Origin: Felis catus
Taxonomy: Eukaryota
Length of the DNA: 64,000 nucleotides
NCBI RefSeq assembly: GCF_018350175.1
Contig: NC_058368.1
Span: forward strand, 221,652,001 to 221,716,000
Direction: 5' to 3'
Within the stretch, counting starts at the first letter, position 1. Each line of letters opens with the position of its first letter. Position numbers and translations under genes: made by a program. Of this stretch, positions 60,991 to 64,000 are shown one piece after another. The notes beneath the pieces are model-generated. The model did no database searches. It was given only the letters and a program-made list of their open reading frames with translations, and was not told the origin of the DNA.

Positions 60991-63289
60991 TGCAGAGATA
61001 AGATTTGGTCTGTCAGTCATTTATTAATATCTTAGTACACTGCCCACCTGTCATCTTTTTATTAATCTACCCACCTGCCATCTTAACAGCTGGTGAAGGG
61101 GAGCAAGTGAAGAATTGGAGATTAAAAAAATAGAGATAAAAAGAGTTGATTTCCTCTTAATAACACTCTAAAGAGTTAGACAGTTTCATTGTTGATACCT
61201 AAAGGTTTTCTATTGTGATCAAAAAAAATCTCGTTAACATCGTCTTCTCCAAATATTGACAGCTATTTTTCTTTGATCAAGACAACATAAGGATTATGAT
61301 TGAGGTTTAGGGTGTGTAGATCGAGGGCCTTAATAATGCACATTTTGACCCAATTCATTTATACCCTAACTTCCTCTTCATCAGTACAATTCAGTCTAGT
61401 CCCAAGCACTTCCCTGTGGTTTGGAGGGAATATGTTCATTTCTACTTTCTGGTGTTCTCTTCTATCACTTTTATCCCTTGGACAGTTCTCTTCTAACATT
61501 TCTTTCCTCCAAAACACATTCTTCAAGTTCAAAATTCAGTTGCCTATGAACCCCAAACCTTTACTAACTCCTCTAAAGGTGTAGATCAACGTCATGAAGC
61601 CATTTTCCCTTAGCTTATCTTAAACATATGTTCTGTCTGATCCATTGTTCTAATTGTTCCATGCATCTTACAGTTTCATTGCAAACTTCTTGGAGTCAGA
61701 CAATATAACATACACAAAATGGGGCACACATTTTGCTTTTGCCTTTGTCAGTATGCCAAGTTGCTAAATCATCAAAAATGTAATAGGAAGATACTTAAAA
61801 AAATGGATTCTGAGAATCTCCAGTGATTGAGTACAAAATTCTGTATTTAGAAAAGAAATAAACAAGACACTCAAGTGATAGTAATGATCTGCCAAATTTA
61901 GGAATTAATAAACTGGAGGTCATGGCATCACTTTCTCTTTTCACCCTCTCCACAATCACAGTCACATTCACACACCCATATATACCTAAGTATTCACCTC
62001 CACACATATCATATATGCATGAACCATGGAGATTAGTCACATGGAGAAAAGAGGGTGTTTTGGTCAGAGGTAAGGAATGGGAAGAAAACTTGATTAACTG
62101 TGAGTTATTTTGATCCCCCCAGTATGGGATTAGAAGACAATTGATGGAATTCAGAAGAGTCTATGTGGGAATCTAGGTGTTAGAAAACCATCTCCAAGTC
62201 TCCTGAGAAAAGGCATGATGAGGGCTAGAGAGTTAGTCCTTAATAACATTCTCTGCCTCTGGAAGGAGCCTGGCAACATCCTACCTCCCTGAGGTGTGGA
62301 CGTTTTATGACGTTTCTCAAAATGTCTTCAAGATGTAAATCATCATGTAGTACTTGTTCAAAATATAACTAACCAAACACTTCCAAATAATTGGTTTTAA
62401 AGGAGTGGCATCCTGGAATTGGTTGTTTATTTTATAACTTAATGTGTATATGTATAAAATAAACATAATTTTTAAAAATATACACTGATAATGTATCGCT
62501 AGGCACTATTCTAGGCGCAAGAAATACACACAACTGTGAACAAAATAGACAAACTGTCTAAAGGGCATTTGTATTTTACTGAATCTGTTTAAGTGCATTT
62601 AAATTATAATAGAAAATGCATATCTTATCTAGTCAAATAACTTTAAAACATTGATCTAAAGTCATTACCCGTTGTAGAAGCTGTTAATATTTGTAGTTGT
62701 TGTTGCTTTACTTAAAGGAGCCAAGACTTTAGAGACAGCAGTTGCCATAGATAGGGGTAGGAGGCATTTGATAGGGGAGAAGGGCTTAAAATCTTTCTAT
62801 GTATAGGTGTAGGAAGTTTCTATGCCACTGTTACATATCGGTGGGGGCTTTTGGCTACATGGTGCTTAGAAGTGGTAGGCCACATCTCTGATTTGGATCT
62901 GGGCTTCAAAGCCAATCATATCTCCAAATTTGTCACAAACTTACATGTTATTTGATACATGAGCACTGAGAAATATCTTAGCCTCTCTATCCTTAGATTT
63001 TCATTTTGAATGGAGGAAAACATCTGAAGATTTGTACTCTTATTACTGTTTTGCTAACAAGTCAACAGAGTGTAAAGATACTAAGACATTTGTTGAATAA
63101 AAGATGGGTAGGTAGGTAGATAGGTTCCTAATGAAATTTATTTATGTGAACAATATGCGTATACAGATGTAAAAAGATTCTTGGTTGTAACAGTCATATC
63201 ATACCACTCATTATGCAAGCCTAATTGTTATTTCAGTGTTATTAATATTCATTTTTGCTATTATTATTATTCATTGTGTGAAGCTATAA

Positions 63290-63780
63290 ATAAGGTGTCA
63301 CAAAAAAACGTTAGAATTAATAAATACAGTAAAATTACACAATATAAAATCCACATCCAAAGATTAGTTTCATTTCTGTCACTAAAAGAAACCATCCAGA
63401 AAATAATGAAAACAATTCCCTGTACAACTGCATCAAAAAGGATAAAGTATTTAGTAATAAACTTAACAAAAGAAGTGAAAAAGTTATACACTGAAAACTA
63501 TCAAACAATGATGAGAAAAAATTAAAGAAGACACACCTAAATGGAGAGACATCTTGTGTTCAATGAATTGGAAGAATAAATATTGTTAAGATATTTGTAC
63601 TACCCAAATTGACTCTGCAGAGTCAATATAATCCCTATCAAAATCCCAATGGCATTTTTATAGAAATAGAAAAAAAATCCTAAAATGCATATGGAACCAC
63701 AAAAATCTCAGAATGGCCAAACAATCTTGAGAAAGAACAGGGCTGGAGGCACCACCCTTCCCGACAGCAAACTGTCTTAC
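63290..63780 (+). mobile_element. Internal L1M ORF2 fragment (post-RT), frameshifted
   Basis: Peptide IPCTTASKRIKYLVINLTKEVKKLYTENYQT matches L1 ORF2 (IPFTIA.KRIKYLGINLTKEVKDLY.ENYKT); continues with atccctatcaaaatcccaatggcatttt. Confidence 0.9.
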
Positions 63781-64000
63781 CTAGGATTAGACTTTAAGAC
63801 AAGCAGTATATTTTTAAAAGCTCATTTACAATTAAAAAAATGTTGAAATAAAAATTTTGCAGCAAGTGTGGTCAACAGAATAGAACAACTTAGTTACTTT
63901 ACGAAGAGCTTCTATGTTCCCTGGAGGTGGTCGAGGGTAATGGCCACAGGCTGAGGCTTTGTGGTCAACTGCCCAAGTTTTCATAGCTATTCAGTATGTA

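Noticed and set aside
61040..61084. Repeated ct(g/a)cccacctg(t/c)catctt with E-boxes
   Set aside because: A short local duplication with no further support.

Overview
This is AT-rich mammalian DNA from a felid: it carries 26 tRNA-derived CAN-SINEs, one of them a near-consensus young cat-type SINEC_Fc, plus carnivore L1 3' ends. It reads as intronic or intergenic. I recognise no protein-coding gene, RNA gene, CRISPR array or prokaryotic system. The only ORFs with real homology are broken L1 ORF2 pieces (15015-15509 and 63.3-63.8 kb); the rest of the ORF track is repeat or low-complexity noise. The window consists of SINEs with readable target-site duplications (TSDs), L1, L2, CR1, MIR, MLT LTR and MER DNA-transposon relics, microsatellites and unique spacers. 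I did not find a convincing new biological system. The best leads are: a CTCF site with core and upstream motif (26129-26161, - strand); a clean in-frame 114-nt candidate cassette exon with an upstream UGCAUG (20285-20398, - strand); a 20-24 bp-arm palindrome at an L1 insertion site (16423-16467); two further template-switch-like micro-rearrangements (46514-46576 and 63608-63627); a young SINE with intact Pol III boxes in an inverted SINE pair (48.2-48.8 kb); and a small CpG-rich patch (58.7-59.1 kb). Repeat subfamily names come from recalled consensus sequences, not from a search, and the boundaries of old repeats are approximate.
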